A DNA stretch of 63,953 bases, filler included, from 5 parts of 5 records of this genome joined end to end with filler, not necessarily neighbours in it; one strand, 5' to 3'; positions 38,100-50,176 are shown, numbered from the whole stretch's first letter. Notes: generated by a model from the letters alone, not told the origin. A program made the numbers and translations.

Positions 38100-39068
38100 A
38101 TGACTATTGATATAGAAGCGTTAACCAAGGGCAATTCACGCGCACTGGCCAAAGCCATCACCTTGGTAGAGAGCAAAAAAGTCGAGCACCGCGCGCAGGC
38201 GCAGGAGCTCTTAGAGGCGGTGCTGCCGCAAACCGGCAACAGCATTCGTATCGGTATCACCGGCATTCCCGGCGTCGGCAAGTCCACGTTCATCGAGGCG
38301 TTCGGCCTGTATTTGGTCAGCCAGGGCAAGCGTGTCGCGGTATTGGCGGTCGACCCGAGCTCGCCCATTGCGGGCGGCTCAATTCTGGGTGATAAAACCC
38401 GCATGGAAATGTTGTCGCGCAGCAGCGACGCTTTCATTCGACCGTCGCCTTCCGAGGGCTCGCTGGGTGGCGTAGCGCTGAAAACCCGCGAAACCATGTT
38501 GCTGTGCGAGGCGGCTGGCTACGACGTTATTTTGGTCGAAACCGTGGGTGTCGGACAGTCGGAATACGAAGTGGCCAGTATGGTCGACTTTTTTATGGTG
38601 CTTATGCTGCCCAATGCCGGTGATGAACTGCAGGGCATCAAAAAAGGCATTATGGAGCTGGCCGATGCATTGGTGATTAACAAGGCCGACGGAGAGAGTA
38701 TTAACCTCGCAACGCAAACCCGGCGTCATTACCAAAGTGCGCTGCATTTGCTCCGTCACAGTAGCTTCTGGACGCCACAGGTAATGACCTGCTCGGCGAT
38801 CAAGAACGAGAATATCGAAGCGGTGTGGGGCATGATCAGCGACTTCCAGGTCGACGCCACAAAAAACGGAGCGCTTGCCGACAAGCGTGCCCGCCAGGCC
38901 AAGGAGTGGATGAACAAACTGTTGCACGAGATGCTGGATATTAAGCTCAAGGAAAACCCGTCTGTTAAAGCGCTGCTGCCGGAACTGAATAGAAAGGTGA
39001 CCGACGGACAGACCACGCCATTTTTAGCGGCGCAAAAACTGATAAACCTGCTGTTTGAGGAAGCGTAA
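38100..39068 (+). CDS. meaB: Methylmalonyl-CoA mutase-associated GTPase MeaB/ArgK
   Basis: Motifs LAKAITLVES, GITGIPGVGKST, AVDPSS...GGSILGDKTRM, VETVGVGQSE, GDELQGIKKG and NKADG. Confidence 0.95.
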   Translation: MTIDIEALTKGNSRALAKAITLVESKKVEHRAQAQELLEAVLPQTGNSIRIGITGIPGVGKSTFIEAFGLYLVSQGKRVAVLAVDPSSPIAGGSILGDKTRMEMLSRSSDAFIRPSPSEGSLGGVALKTRETMLLCEAAGYDVILVETVGVGQSEYEVASMVDFFMVLMLPNAGDELQGIKKGIMELADALVINKADGESINLATQTRRHYQSALHLLRHSSFWTPQVMTCSAIKNENIEAVWGMISDFQVDATKNGALADKRARQAKEWMNKLLHEMLDIKLKENPSVKALLPELNRKVTDGQTTPFLAAQKLINLLFEEA

Positions 39069-39070
39069 TC

Positions 39071-39529
39071 ATGTCGCAGCCTATCGCTCACCGCCTGAGT
39101 GAATTTATTGCCGAACACTTACCCACGGCGCGCCATATGCGGCTTTCTGTTAGTGACTATTCCGATGGCGCATTAACGCTGACCGCCCCGCTGGGGCCGA
39201 GTATTAACGATAAGCAAACCGCCTTTGGTGGCAGCATCTATGTGGTGGCAGTGATGGCTTGCTGGGGTAGCGTGTATCTACACTGTGTTGAGCGCGGCCT
39301 GGACCCGGATATTGTGGTGGCCAAAGCGGAGATCGAATACTTACTGCCGGTGCCCAGCGATATTGTTGCGCGCTCGCTGCCCGCAGAGGACGCCGATTGG
39401 CAGGGATTTTTTACTCGCTTTGAGGAGCGCGGTCGCGCCAAGATCGAGCTGTGCTCAGAGGTGATTGTCAACGGCGAAGTCGCGGCGCGCTTTAAGGGCT
39501 TGTACGCGATCGTCGGCCTAAAACAGTAG
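39071..39529 (+). CDS. YiiD C-terminal-like hot-dog fold protein (MadB-like)
   Basis: LTAPLGPSINDKQTAFGGSIY and IEYLLPV...F...GRAKI match the YiiD_C pattern. Confidence 0.8.
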   Translation: MSQPIAHRLSEFIAEHLPTARHMRLSVSDYSDGALTLTAPLGPSINDKQTAFGGSIYVVAVMACWGSVYLHCVERGLDPDIVVAKAEIEYLLPVPSDIVARSLPAEDADWQGFFTRFEERGRAKIELCSEVIVNGEVAARFKGLYAIVGLKQ

Positions 39530-39532
39530 CTT

Positions 39533-40690
39533 TTATTGGTAGAGAAAAGCGCTGATGTCATCGCGCTGAGCAAGCCCGTCACGGTAGCCTAGATCGATCA
39601 GCTTGGCGCAATATTCCTCGGTAAATAACAGGTAGCTGGCGATACTCACGCTACCTCCGCGGCTACTGCCGGTGCGCCCCAGAAAAGCACGTAAACTGCG
39701 TGGTAGTTCTTTCACATGCTCGTCGGCAATGGCGTCAATATCTTCGCTGGGGCTGATTACCAGACACTCAACCGGCAGTAACTCACGCCCCATCATTTGC
39801 ATATTTTCCCGTGGTATCAGCGCCAATAATTCGTTGATTCTTTCCAGGCGCTCAATATCGGTCTCGATGCTGTCGATAAAGGCGCTGTTAAGTAACTGAC
39901 CAATAATTTGTCCGAACGCCGGAGACTGAATAGGTTTTGGGGTGTGGTGATAAACCCGTTTATGCCCGTTGGCGGGAATCACCAATACCCGGTTTGCACC
40001 CAAATGGATGGCGGGGCTGATCGGGGTCAATTGGCGCAGCGCGCCGTCGCCGTAGAAATAACGGCCTACCTTGGCGGGTGGAAAGATCGTCGGGATGGCT
40101 GTGGACGCCATCAGATGTTGCAACTGAATGGGTGTCGCCAGCCCCTGTCGCCGCCAGCGCTGCCAGCCAGCATGCTGCGGCCCGCCCTGAAAGAAGGTTT
40201 CCGACAAGCCGAGGCTGTAGTTCATCGCCGTGAGCGAGAGCGCGTCCAAGTCACCGTTGCGGATGTTCATGCCGATCGACTCGAAGCGGATTCGCTCTTC
40301 TAGCAGTTCGCGCAGTGGGCTGTTGTCCAGCAGTGCCACCGGTCGACCGACGGCAATGCCCGAGTTAAACAGGGAGCCGGCCAGTCGCAGGGCATTGCGA
40401 AGAACCCCCATTAAATCGGCGCGATAAATCCGGTCCGTGGAAAGCTGCTTCCACATGATTTCCAGGGTTTCCACGGTGCCGGTAAAGTGGTGTGCGCCCG
40501 CCGCAAGGGAGGTGGCATTGATCGCGCCGGCCGAGGTTCCTGCCAGGATAGGGAAGGGGTTGCTGTGCCGCTTGCCGTGCAGCGATGCAATGGCTTTTAG
40601 CACGCCAACCTGGTAGGCCGCACGAGCGCCACCGCCGGGTAGAATCAGCCCGGTGTTGGCGTGACTGGCGCTGGCGTCAGGACAAGACAT
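39533..40690 (-). CDS. Patatin-like phospholipase
   Basis: GGGARAAYQVG, GTSAG nucleophile motif and DGA motif. Confidence 0.92.
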   Translation of the reverse strand: MSCPDASASHANTGLILPGGGARAAYQVGVLKAIASLHGKRHSNPFPILAGTSAGAINATSLAAGAHHFTGTVETLEIMWKQLSTDRIYRADLMGVLRNALRLAGSLFNSGIAVGRPVALLDNSPLRELLEERIRFESIGMNIRNGDLDALSLTAMNYSLGLSETFFQGGPQHAGWQRWRRQGLATPIQLQHLMASTAIPTIFPPAKVGRYFYGDGALRQLTPISPAIHLGANRVLVIPANGHKRVYHHTPKPIQSPAFGQIIGQLLNSAFIDSIETDIERLERINELLALIPRENMQMMGRELLPVECLVISPSEDIDAIADEHVKELPRSLRAFLGRTGSSRGGSVSIASYLLFTEEYCAKLIDLGYRDGLAQRDDISAFLYQ

Positions 40691-40705
40691 CGCGAGACTT
40701 CCCGG

Positions 40706-41524
40706 CTATGACCGCTGACCGCGCAGGCCGGTTTCAACCAGCACGCGCGTAGCAATTTCCTCGACAGAGGCATGCGTCGTATCCAAGTAGGGAATGCCAA
40801 AGCGGCTAAAGAGCGCCTCGGCGTCGCGCACCTCATCCTCGCAGCGGCGCAGGCTGGCGTAGGGGCTGTCGGGACGGCGTTCGCTGCGAATTGCGGCAAG
40901 TCGCTGCGGTTCTATGGTCAAACCAAAGAGCCGGTCGCGATAAGCGGCGAGCGGTTTTGGCAGCCTGCGTTCTTCCAGGTCTTCTTCGGTGAGCGGATAA
41001 TTGGCGACAAAAATACCGCCCTGCATCGCCAAGTAAAGGCAGGTTGGGGTTTTGCCACTGCGGGAAACGCCGATCAATATCACTTGGGCTTGGTCGTAGC
41101 GGTTGATTCTTGCACCGTCGTCGTTGTCCAGTGCGAAGTTAACAGCGTCGATGCGATGTTTGTACTGGGCGTCGCGGTCGGCGTTTTTGACGCGGCCAAC
41201 CGTGCTAGAGGGTTTCTCCCCAAGGGCGCTTTCCAGCTGGTTGAGGAAGGTGTCGAGCACGTCGATGATAAAACCATTGCTGGTGGCAATTACGGCGCGA
41301 ATCTCTTGGTTGACCAAAGTGTCAAAGATAATAGGCTGGCGCCCCGTGGCCTCGGCGACCTGATTGATTTTATCGACGGCGGCGCGCGCTTTCTCCACGG
41401 TGTCTACATAGGGCACGACAACGTGGTCAAATTTTAACTGTTCAAATTGGGAGAGCAGGCTGCTGCCCAAGGTTTCTGCGGTGATGCCTGTACTGTCAGA
41501 AATATAAAAAACGGTTCTCATCAT
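40706..41524 (-). CDS. ppsR: PEP synthase regulatory protein (kinase/pyrophosphorylase)
   Basis: Motifs ISDSTGITAE, ALDNDDG, GVSRSGKTPT and ANYPL. Divergent from ppsA. Confidence 0.95.
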   Translation of the reverse strand: MMRTVFYISDSTGITAETLGSSLLSQFEQLKFDHVVVPYVDTVEKARAAVDKINQVAEATGRQPIIFDTLVNQEIRAVIATSNGFIIDVLDTFLNQLESALGEKPSSTVGRVKNADRDAQYKHRIDAVNFALDNDDGARINRYDQAQVILIGVSRSGKTPTCLYLAMQGGIFVANYPLTEEDLEERRLPKPLAAYRDRLFGLTIEPQRLAAIRSERRPDSPYASLRRCEDEVRDAEALFSRFGIPYLDTTHASVEEIATRVLVETGLRGQRS

Positions 41525-41654
41525 GTAGTTTTTTTACCGAATGCTGCGTTGTTTTCGACGGGAATTTCCAGAATAGCTGTTTTAGTATGCTCGCGTCGCA
41601 TTTTTTTACGCTTATTGCACTATGCACCAAGCATAGCAAAAGGAGATACACCGC

Positions 41655-44024
41655 ATGGCTGAATACGTTATCTGGTTCAGGGACCTGGGAATGAACGATG
41701 TCGAAGTCGTTGGGGGCAAAAACGCCTCTCTCGGTGAGATGATCAGTCAATTGTCTAATGCCGGTGTATCGGTACCCGATGGCTTTGCGACTACGGCGCA
41801 AGCCTACCGCGACTTCCTCGACCAAAGTGGCCTGAACCAGCGTATTCAGGACATGCTCGAAGGTCTGGATATCGACGATGTAAAAACCCTTGCCAAGGTA
41901 GGCAAGGAGATTCGCCAAGCCATCGTTGATACGCCATTTCCCGCGCCATTGAATGACGCGATCAGCGAAGCCTACGCTAAAATGATCGACGGCAACCCCG
42001 CAATGGCCTGCGCAGTGCGCTCCTCGGCCACAGCAGAAGATTTGCCCGACGCCTCATTTGCCGGCCAACAGGAAACCTTCCTGAACATCAACGGCCTCGA
42101 CAATATTATGATCGCGATCAAGGAGGTCTTTGCCTCACTGTACAACGATCGCGCTATTGCCTACCGGGTTCACAAGGGGTTTGAACACGCCGATGTTGCC
42201 TTGTCTGCCGGTATTCAGCGCATGGTGCGCTCAGAAACCGGCGCCGCAGGCGTTATGTTCAGCATGGATACCGAGTCTGGCTTTGACGGTGTGGTCTTCA
42301 TTACTGCCAGCTACGGCCTGGGTGAAACCGTGGTTCAGGGCGCTGTTAACCCCGACGAATTTTACGTTCACAAGGCCACGCTGGAAAAAGACCGCCACGC
42401 CGTGCTGCGCCGCAACCTGGGTAGCAAGCTGATCAAAATGGTCTACGGCAGTGAAGCATCGGCCGGCAAATCGGTAGAAACCGTCGATGTTCCCGAAGCC
42501 GATCGCAGCCAGTTCTGCATCACCGACGAAGAAGTCATGTCGCTGGCCCGTCAGGCGCTGATTATTGAAAAACACTACGGCCGACCCATGGATATTGAGT
42601 GGGCGCGCGACGGCGACGACGGCAAGCTCTACATCGTTCAGGCTCGCCCGGAGACAGTAAAGAGCCGCGAGTCGGCCAACATGATGGAGCGCTACCTGCT
42701 GAAAGAAAAAGGCGAAGTGCTTTGCGAGGGCCGCTCTATTGGTCAGCGCATTGGCGCGGGCCCTGTGCGGGTTATCGACAACCTGGCGGAAATGGATCAG
42801 GTACAACAGGGCGATGTCTTGGTTACTGATATGACCGACCCAGACTGGGAGCCGGTAATGAAGCGCGCAGCCGCCATTATTACCAACCGTGGCGGCCGTA
42901 CCTGCCACGCGGCTATCATCGCCCGCGAACTGGGTATTCCTGCGGTCGTTGGCTGTGGTGATGCCACCGAGCGTTTGAGCTCAGGTCAGGACGTGACCGT
43001 GTCCTGCGCGGAAGGTGATACGGGCATGGTGTACGCCGGCCAGCTCGACTTCGATATCAGCCGTAACAAGCTCGATGCCATGCCCGAGCTGCCCTTTAAA
43101 ATTATGATGAACGTGGGCAACCCCGATCGCGCGTTTGATTTTCAGGCATACCCCAACGCCGGTGTGGGCTTGGCGCGCTTGGAATTTATCATTAACCGCA
43201 TGATCGGTGTGCACCCCAAAGCACTGATCAACTACGACACTTTGCCGCGCGATGTTCAGCAAGCGGTGAAGCGTCGTGTGGCTGGCTACGCCGACCCTGT
43301 TGAGTTTTATGTCGAGAAGCTAGTTGAGGGCATCTCTAGCATTGCTAGCGCGTTTTACCCGGAGCGGGTAATTGTGCGGATGTCCGACTTTAAATCAAAT
43401 GAGTACGCACACTTGATTGGCGGCAGCCTTTACGAGCCCTCAGAAGAAAACCCCATGCTGGGTTTCCGAGGTGCTTCACGCTATATCTCTGACTCGTTCC
43501 GCGAATGCTTTGAGCTGGAGTGCCGCGCGCTGAAGAAAGTGCGTGAAGAGATGGACCTGCAAAATGTTGAGATTATGGTGCCCTTTGTACGCACCGTAGG
43601 CGAAGCGAAACAAGTGGTAGAGCTACTGGCCGAAAATGGCTTAAAGCGCGGTGAAAACGGCCTGAAGGTCATCATGATGTGTGAGCTACCTGCCAATGCC
43701 CTGTTGGCGGAGCAATTCCTCGAGCATTTTGATGGTTTCTCAATTGGTTCAAACGACCTCACTCAGCTGACACTTGGTCTCGATCGCGACTCCGGCTTGA
43801 TCGCCCACCTGTTTGATGAGCGCAACGAGGCCGTTAAGGTACTGCTCTCCAATGCGATTCGGGCGTGTAAGGAGCAGGGCAAATACATCGGTATTTGTGG
43901 ACAGGGCCCCTCAGACCACCCGGACTTCGCGCAGTGGCTAATGGAGCAGGGCATCGACAGTGTGTCGCTGAACCCGGATTCGGTACTGGAGACCTGGCTG
44001 TTCTTGGCCGACAAGCTGAAATAA
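41655..44024 (+). CDS. ppsA: Phosphoenolpyruvate synthase
   Basis: Motifs [42 protein letters not shown] (phospho-His) and [10 protein letters not shown]. Confidence 0.98.
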   Translation: MAEYVIWFRDLGMNDVEVVGGKNASLGEMISQLSNAGVSVPDGFATTAQAYRDFLDQSGLNQRIQDMLEGLDIDDVKTLAKVGKEIRQAIVDTPFPAPLNDAISEAYAKMIDGNPAMACAVRSSATAEDLPDASFAGQQETFLNINGLDNIMIAIKEVFASLYNDRAIAYRVHKGFEHADVALSAGIQRMVRSETGAAGVMFSMDTESGFDGVVFITASYGLGETVVQGAVNPDEFYVHKATLEKDRHAVLRRNLGSKLIKMVYGSEASAGKSVETVDVPEADRSQFCITDEEVMSLARQALIIEKHYGRPMDIEWARDGDDGKLYIVQARPETVKSRESANMMERYLLKEKGEVLCEGRSIGQRIGAGPVRVIDNLAEMDQVQQGDVLVTDMTDPDWEPVMKRAAAIITNRGGRTCHAAIIARELGIPAVVGCGDATERLSSGQDVTVSCAEGDTGMVYAGQLDFDISRNKLDAMPELPFKIMMNVGNPDRAFDFQAYPNAGVGLARLEFIINRMIGVHPKALINYDTLPRDVQQAVKRRVAGYADPVEFYVEKLVEGISSIASAFYPERVIVRMSDFKSNEYAHLIGGSLYEPSEENPMLGFRGASRYISDSFRECFELECRALKKVREEMDLQNVEIMVPFVRTVGEAKQVVELLAENGLKRGENGLKVIMMCELPANALLAEQFLEHFDGFSIGSNDLTQLTLGLDRDSGLIAHLFDERNEAVKVLLSNAIRACKEQGKYIGICGQGPSDHPDFAQWLMEQGIDSVSLNPDSVLETWLFLADKLK

Positions 44025-44041
44025 GTTCGGCAAACTACGCT

Positions 44042-44076
44042 AAAGCCCGGTGAGCGAACTGCTACCGGGCTTTTTT
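44042..44076 (+). terminator. Rho-independent terminator of ppsA
   Basis: AAAGCCCGGT...ACCGGGCTTTTTT directly after the stop. Confidence 0.88.
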
Positions 44077-44143
44077 GTTTCTGCTGGCAGGGTGTTCCGC
44101 CAAACGCTACTATGGCGCAAACGTCTCGGTGAACCCTTTAATT

Positions 44144-44461
44144 ATGCGTTATTACAGCCTTGAAAAGCTGATCAATCTTTACGATGGATACCGAAAAGTC
44201 TTCAAGATTGATGATGCACAATTGATGCTGCTACAGCTCGACGGTCAGCACTATTTGATCGAAAGTAATTGCCCCCACCGCGCCTGGCCTCTCAGTACGT
44301 CGGATATCCAAGGTGAGAACCTGGTTTGCCCCAAACACCACTACCGCTTTGACTTGCGCAGTGGTGAGTTACTTCACGCGACAGAAGAACCCTGTCGGGG
44401 CTTGAGGTGTTATGAGGTGGTCTACCGAGACAACGAGCTCGGTGTAATGCTGGGCGATTAG
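44144..44461 (+). CDS. Rieske [2Fe-2S] ferredoxin
   Basis: CPH...CPKH ligands and FDLRSG. ATG at 44144. Confidence 0.85.
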   Translation: MRYYSLEKLINLYDGYRKVFKIDDAQLMLLQLDGQHYLIESNCPHRAWPLSTSDIQGENLVCPKHHYRFDLRSGELLHATEEPCRGLRCYEVVYRDNELGVMLGD

Positions 44462-45372
44462 ACCAGCGGGCGCAGCCAGGGAGAGGGTTTTGCGTGCTGC
44501 CACAGGCGGTCAAACTGTTCTCGGTAGGCACTTGCGGTCGGCCGCGAATGAAAACAGCCCCAGGCCCGGCCGCCGCGCCGCATACTGTGAACGAGGGTTG
44601 CCTCGTTGTCGGCGAGCAAGAAGTATTCACTAAGTTCGCCGTGTTGCTTTGGATTAGAAACCCGAATATGAATACTGCTGCTCAGCCGCTGACTGAGTTC
44701 TACCAAGGGATGGCGACTCTCTCGCAGCGGTCGGTCGTCGCAGATCAGCAGTCGTATTTCACTGTCGCGATGCTTTCGAGCGAGGGTAGAGACAATATCA
44801 ATCAGGCGCGGCTGGGCATAAACCTCTGGCTCCAGACTGTGGCAAAACACCCACAACTGTCGGCGACTCAAACTGGCTAAGGCCAGGGCGCTGTCGGGCA
44901 GTGACTCAACCGCAAATTTGCGGCCATCTTCTCCCAGGCGTTGCGGACCCCGCAGCGTTCGCGTCATTGACTGGTGAGCGATACCGGCGTCCATAAAACT
45001 GTCGCCGATGGGCTGAAAACCTTCTTTCCGGTAGAAGTCGATGGCGTGTGTTTGGGCCGCGAGCTCCAATTTGGGCAGTTGCTGTTGGATCGCGTCATCA
45101 ATTACGGCATGTAGCAGTGCGCGACCGATACCTCTGCCGCGATAGTCAGCGGCGACAGCCATACGCCCGACGTGGCCGTCAGCCAAAAGACGAACGGTTC
45201 CGACGGCTTCGCTGCCATATCGCGCCAGCCAGTGACGCGCGGTGAAATCATCTTCGTCAAGTTCCAGTTCAATGGGAACGCGTTGCTCTTCAACAAAAAC
45301 CCGACGCCGAATTTCCGTTAATTCCCGCCAATGTTCTGACCAGCGTACGCGCTCAATCTTCAACATCGTCAT
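44458..45372 (-). CDS. GNAT acetyltransferase (ElaA-like) fused to an uncharacterised C-terminal domain
   Basis: GNAT motifs IRRRVFVEEQ, VGRMAV...RGRGIG and AQTHAIDFY...F.DAGI.H, plus about 150 extra C-terminal residues. Start is 45372 or 45366. Confidence 0.85.
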   Translation of the reverse strand: MTMLKIERVRWSEHWRELTEIRRRVFVEEQRVPIELELDEDDFTARHWLARYGSEAVGTVRLLADGHVGRMAVAADYRGRGIGRALLHAVIDDAIQQQLPKLELAAQTHAIDFYRKEGFQPIGDSFMDAGIAHQSMTRTLRGPQRLGEDGRKFAVESLPDSALALASLSRRQLWVFCHSLEPEVYAQPRLIDIVSTLARKHRDSEIRLLICDDRPLRESRHPLVELSQRLSSSIHIRVSNPKQHGELSEYFLLADNEATLVHSMRRGGRAWGCFHSRPTASAYREQFDRLWQHAKPSPWLRPLV

Positions 45373-46471
45373 CAAAATACACCGTGCCTGTTTGGTAGAG
45401 CTGATAGCGTAGCTCAACCACCAGCCCCATCACATCATCACCGCCTTCTTGTTCACAGAACTCAGCCACGGCGGGGCGCAAGTCACTGGGGTAGGGGTAG
45501 GCAATACCGTCGGCAAACAGATAGTGGGCGTCGAAGGCCAAGCGCGCACCCAGGCGCAGGCAGGCTGGCACCTGTTGTTCGCGGAGAGCATATTCCTCAA
45601 ATGACAGCGCTGGGTTATCGAAGCGCTGCTGTTGGTCGACGTGAGTCATCATCTGTCCAAACCAGCGTGAAAGGGCTTGATCATCGTCTAGCCCTGCGCT
45701 CAGGCGCTCTCGCAGTTGCGGGAGAACGTCTTCAGGGATCCAGCCACTGGGCGCGCTGGCATTTAGGGCCTGATCGCTAAACCGCTGCCCGTCGCTCAAC
45801 ACGGTTTCTCGCTCGATTGACCAGCTATTCAGTAACTCGGCGTCGGAGGGGGCTCTAAAGCCCACCGACAGGGTGATGCAGTCATCGCCGACAGCGGTTC
45901 CCCAATGTGCGACACCCGGGGGAATGTAGAGTATGTCGCCGGCTTCAAGAATCACTTCCTGTTGACAGTCGAAGTGTTTAAGCAAGCGTAATTCAGGGTG
46001 GCCGAGCAGTTCGCTGCTATCGTCGCAGTGCTGGCCCAGCTGCCAGCGACGGCGGCCGCTGCCCTGAATGAGAAATACATCGTATTGATCGTAGTGGGGG
46101 CCCACGCTGCCGCCATCGGCCGCGTAGCTGACCATAATGTCATCGATACGCCAGCGCGGTAAAAAACGGAAATCGTTTAGTAATTCTGCAACGCCGGGTA
46201 TCCATTGGTCGACCGATTGAACCAGGAGAGTCCAATGGCTGGCGGGCAGCTCGGCGAAGTCACTCTCCTTCAGCGGCCCGTGTTGTAGCTGCCAGTCGCT
46301 GCCGTGTTGTGAGATTAGCCGTGAATCAACCTCGTCTTCACAGGCCAGACCAGCGAGGTCATCACCGTCCACGGGGCATTCAAAACCCTGCAGGGCGCCG
46401 CGCAACACCCGTGGACGGCGCTGCCAATCCTCGTCGAGGAATTGCTGCGCATCGAAGCCCTGCAGCGCCAT
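45353..46471 (-). CDS. roxA: JmjC/cupin ribosomal protein uL16 arginine hydroxylase (YcfD/RoxA family)
   Basis: WTLLVQ.VD, WRIDDIMVSYA..GGSVGPHYDQYDVFLIQG and GDILYIPPGVAH. Adjacent to purB. Confidence 0.88.
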   Translation of the reverse strand: MALQGFDAQQFLDEDWQRRPRVLRGALQGFECPVDGDDLAGLACEDEVDSRLISQHGSDWQLQHGPLKESDFAELPASHWTLLVQSVDQWIPGVAELLNDFRFLPRWRIDDIMVSYAADGGSVGPHYDQYDVFLIQGSGRRRWQLGQHCDDSSELLGHPELRLLKHFDCQQEVILEAGDILYIPPGVAHWGTAVGDDCITLSVGFRAPSDAELLNSWSIERETVLSDGQRFSDQALNASAPSGWIPEDVLPQLRERLSAGLDDDQALSRWFGQMMTHVDQQQRFDNPALSFEEYALREQQVPACLRLGARLAFDAHYLFADGIAYPYPSDLRPAVAEFCEQEGGDDVMGLVVELRYQLYQTGTVYFDDDVED

Positions 46472-46472
46472 T

Positions 46473-47852
<1,380 letters not shown>

Positions 47853-47895
47853 CTATACGCGGAGGGCAAATTAATGGGGCGCAATCATACACTGC

Positions 47896-48540
47896 TCAGT
47901 GCTGAATTTCAGTGCCCAGTAGCCGCTGCGCTTCGGTAAAAAGGCGATTTCTGAGGAACATCAGGCTAAAGCGATTGCCGCCCGCCGCCCGCCAGAGATA
48001 GGCACCGCGAATGGCCGCTAACAGCAGTGCACGAATTTTGGCGGCATTGTCATTGTTTTGCAGTTGCTGAGCGCTACCGCTTACCTGAATGCGAAAGCGA
48101 TATTTAGATAGGGTGTCTTGATAGATATCCGCCAAAGCCGGCGCCAAGCTCGTTAATTCACCGCCAAACTCCCGCTGTTTAGCGCAGTGCTCTAGTCGAT
48201 TACGCATGATGCTTGCGGCCGCATGGTCCCGGCGCAGTTTGTTTTGTAAGAACAATACGCCCATACAGTAGCGCGTAACGGCCTGGCGCTCGCCGTAATC
48301 ATTGCCACTGAGCAAATCACGCAGGGCGCGGATACCCAGCTCAAGTGCATTGATATTGCCGAACACACTGCGGGTGTCATTCCCTGAGAAGGCAAACAGG
48401 CTGGCCAGGGAGGCGTCGAGCGCTGCGGGTTCAGCTTGCCCGGTTCGGGCAATTTGATCGACCAGTGTCACGGCCTGCAGAACGCCGGCCAACGCCAGGG
48501 TTTGTTCTGTGAGTTGCTCTGCATTGGGAAAGAAAGCCAT
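47896..48540 (-). CDS. hflD: High frequency lysogenization protein HflD
   Basis: TLALAGVLQA, YQDTLS...RIQVSG and KIRALLLAAIR...W. Lies between mnmA and purB. Confidence 0.92.
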   Translation of the reverse strand: MAFFPNAEQLTEQTLALAGVLQAVTLVDQIARTGQAEPAALDASLASLFAFSGNDTRSVFGNINALELGIRALRDLLSGNDYGERQAVTRYCMGVLFLQNKLRRDHAAASIMRNRLEHCAKQREFGGELTSLAPALADIYQDTLSKYRFRIQVSGSAQQLQNNDNAAKIRALLLAAIRGAYLWRAAGGNRFSLMFLRNRLFTEAQRLLGTEIQH

Positions 48541-49667
48541 TAGCGATTGTATCCCGATTCGATAATGCCGCCGCCCAGGCATTGCTCGCCCAGGTAGAAA
48601 ACCGCTGATTGTCCAGGGGTGATTGCGCGCTGGGGAGTATCGAAAATTGCCTCGTAGCCGGTTTCGGTCGCCAGCAGCTTGCAGGGTTGGTCGGCCTGGC
48701 GGTAGCGCGTTTTTGCACTGCAACGCAGGGGCAGCTGGGGTGGCGGGGGAGTGATCCAGTGAATGCTCGACAGCCGCAGGCAATTCTTAAACAGCGCAGG
48801 GTGCTGGCTGCCCTGGGCAACCAGCAGAACATTGCGTGACAGGTCCTTATCAACAACGTACCAGGGCTGTTCACCGGCACCGCGCACACCGCCGATACCG
48901 AGGCCTTGACGCTGGCCAATAGTGTGATACATCAAGCCGCTGTGCTGCCCCATATCCTGGCCATCGAGACTTTCGATACGGCCCGGTTGAGCAGGCAGGT
49001 ATTGCTGCAAAAAATCCTTGAAGCGACGCTCGCCGATGAAGCAAATCCCGGTGCTGTCTTTTTTGTTGTGGGTGACGAGCCCGTGCTCCTCGGCGAGGGC
49101 GCGGACGGCGGGTTTCTCTAATTCCCCAACTGGGAACAAGGTCTTGGCCAGTTGATCGGCGCTGACTGCATGCAGAAAGTAACTTTGGTCTTTGTTGTTG
49201 TCTATGCCTTTTAGGAGTTGGGTATGCTCTCTGCCCGGGCTGCGCCGGGTGTAGTGACCGGTGGCAATGCCATCGGCGCCCAGCTGCAATGCGTAGTCCA
49301 AAAAAGCCTTAAATTTAATCTCCCGATTGCAAAGAATATCGGGGTTAGGGGTGCGGCCCGCGCGGTACTCTTCGAGGAAGTGCTCAAAGACATTGTCCCA
49401 GTATTCCTGAGCGAAATTGGCGGTGTGCAGGTAAATATCCAGTTTTTGGCACACGGCAGCGGCGTCGGCGAGGTCGTCCATGGCGGTGCAGTATTCTGTG
49501 CCATCGTCCTCATTCCAGTTCTTCATGAACAGGCCTTCGACCTGATAACCCTGCTGCTTTAACAGCAGTGCCGTTACCGATGAGTCGACACCACCGGACA
49601 TGCCGACGATCACTTTTGTGTCGGCAATGGCCTTGTCTGCCAGAGGGTTGTAGTCGGTGGCGCTCAT
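48540..49667 (-). CDS. mnmA: tRNA 2-thiouridine(34) synthase MnmA
   Basis: Motifs [36 protein letters not shown] and DSTGICFIG. Confidence 0.98.
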   Translation of the reverse strand: MSATDYNPLADKAIADTKVIVGMSGGVDSSVTALLLKQQGYQVEGLFMKNWNEDDGTEYCTAMDDLADAAAVCQKLDIYLHTANFAQEYWDNVFEHFLEEYRAGRTPNPDILCNREIKFKAFLDYALQLGADGIATGHYTRRSPGREHTQLLKGIDNNKDQSYFLHAVSADQLAKTLFPVGELEKPAVRALAEEHGLVTHNKKDSTGICFIGERRFKDFLQQYLPAQPGRIESLDGQDMGQHSGLMYHTIGQRQGLGIGGVRGAGEQPWYVVDKDLSRNVLLVAQGSQHPALFKNCLRLSSIHWITPPPPQLPLRCSAKTRYRQADQPCKLLATETGYEAIFDTPQRAITPGQSAVFYLGEQCLGGGIIESGYNR

Positions 49668-50113
49668 TAAGGTTCTCCGTAAATCATCGCCAGTGGGAAA
49701 CGTTGGCCTTCTAGATAGCGTTCAACGCAGTCGAGCACCATGGGGCTGCGCAGCTGATGGCGGCGCTCGCGAAGTTGTTCAATAGTCAGCCAGTGAACGC
49801 TATCGATATCGCTGTCCAGCGGGCTCTCAGGGCAAAACGCCATGGGGCGGCCAAAAAACGTGGTGCGATGATACGTTGCGTTTTTTGCTGGAGGGCTATA
49901 CAGGCCAATACCGACGACGCCCTGTAACTCAACCTTCCATTGAGTTTCTTCCAGCGTTTCTCGCAGCGCCGCTTCACAAAGCCCTTCGTCGGCCTCCAGG
50001 TGGCCGGCGGGCTGGTTGAGCACACGCTTGCCGTCACGGATCTCTTCAACGATCAAAAACTTACCGTCATTTTCTATTACACACGCGACCGTGACTCTTG
50101 CCTGCCAGTCCAT
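49667..50113 (-). CDS. nudJ: NUDIX hydrolase (NudJ-like)
   Basis: Nudix box [25 protein letters not shown] and LRSPMV. Conserved position upstream of mnmA. Confidence 0.85.
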   Translation of the reverse strand: MDWQARVTVACVIENDGKFLIVEEIRDGKRVLNQPAGHLEADEGLCEAALRETLEETQWKVELQGVVGIGLYSPPAKNATYHRTTFFGRPMAFCPESPLDSDIDSVHWLTIEQLRERRHQLRSPMVLDCVERYLEGQRFPLAMIYGEP

Positions 50114-50176
50114 AGTGGTTCCTAGTCTGTTGTGAATTGTCGCAGCACCGAAAGCCGGGCATTGTACCGCCACCGC

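Noticed and set aside
39533-40690. Patatin as a CBASS-type defence effector
   Set aside because: No cyclase or other defence genes are adjacent, and the context is housekeeping.
47896-48540. hflD as a sign of a prophage
   Set aside because: HflD is a host core gene in its usual mnmA-hflD-purB position, and no phage genes are present.
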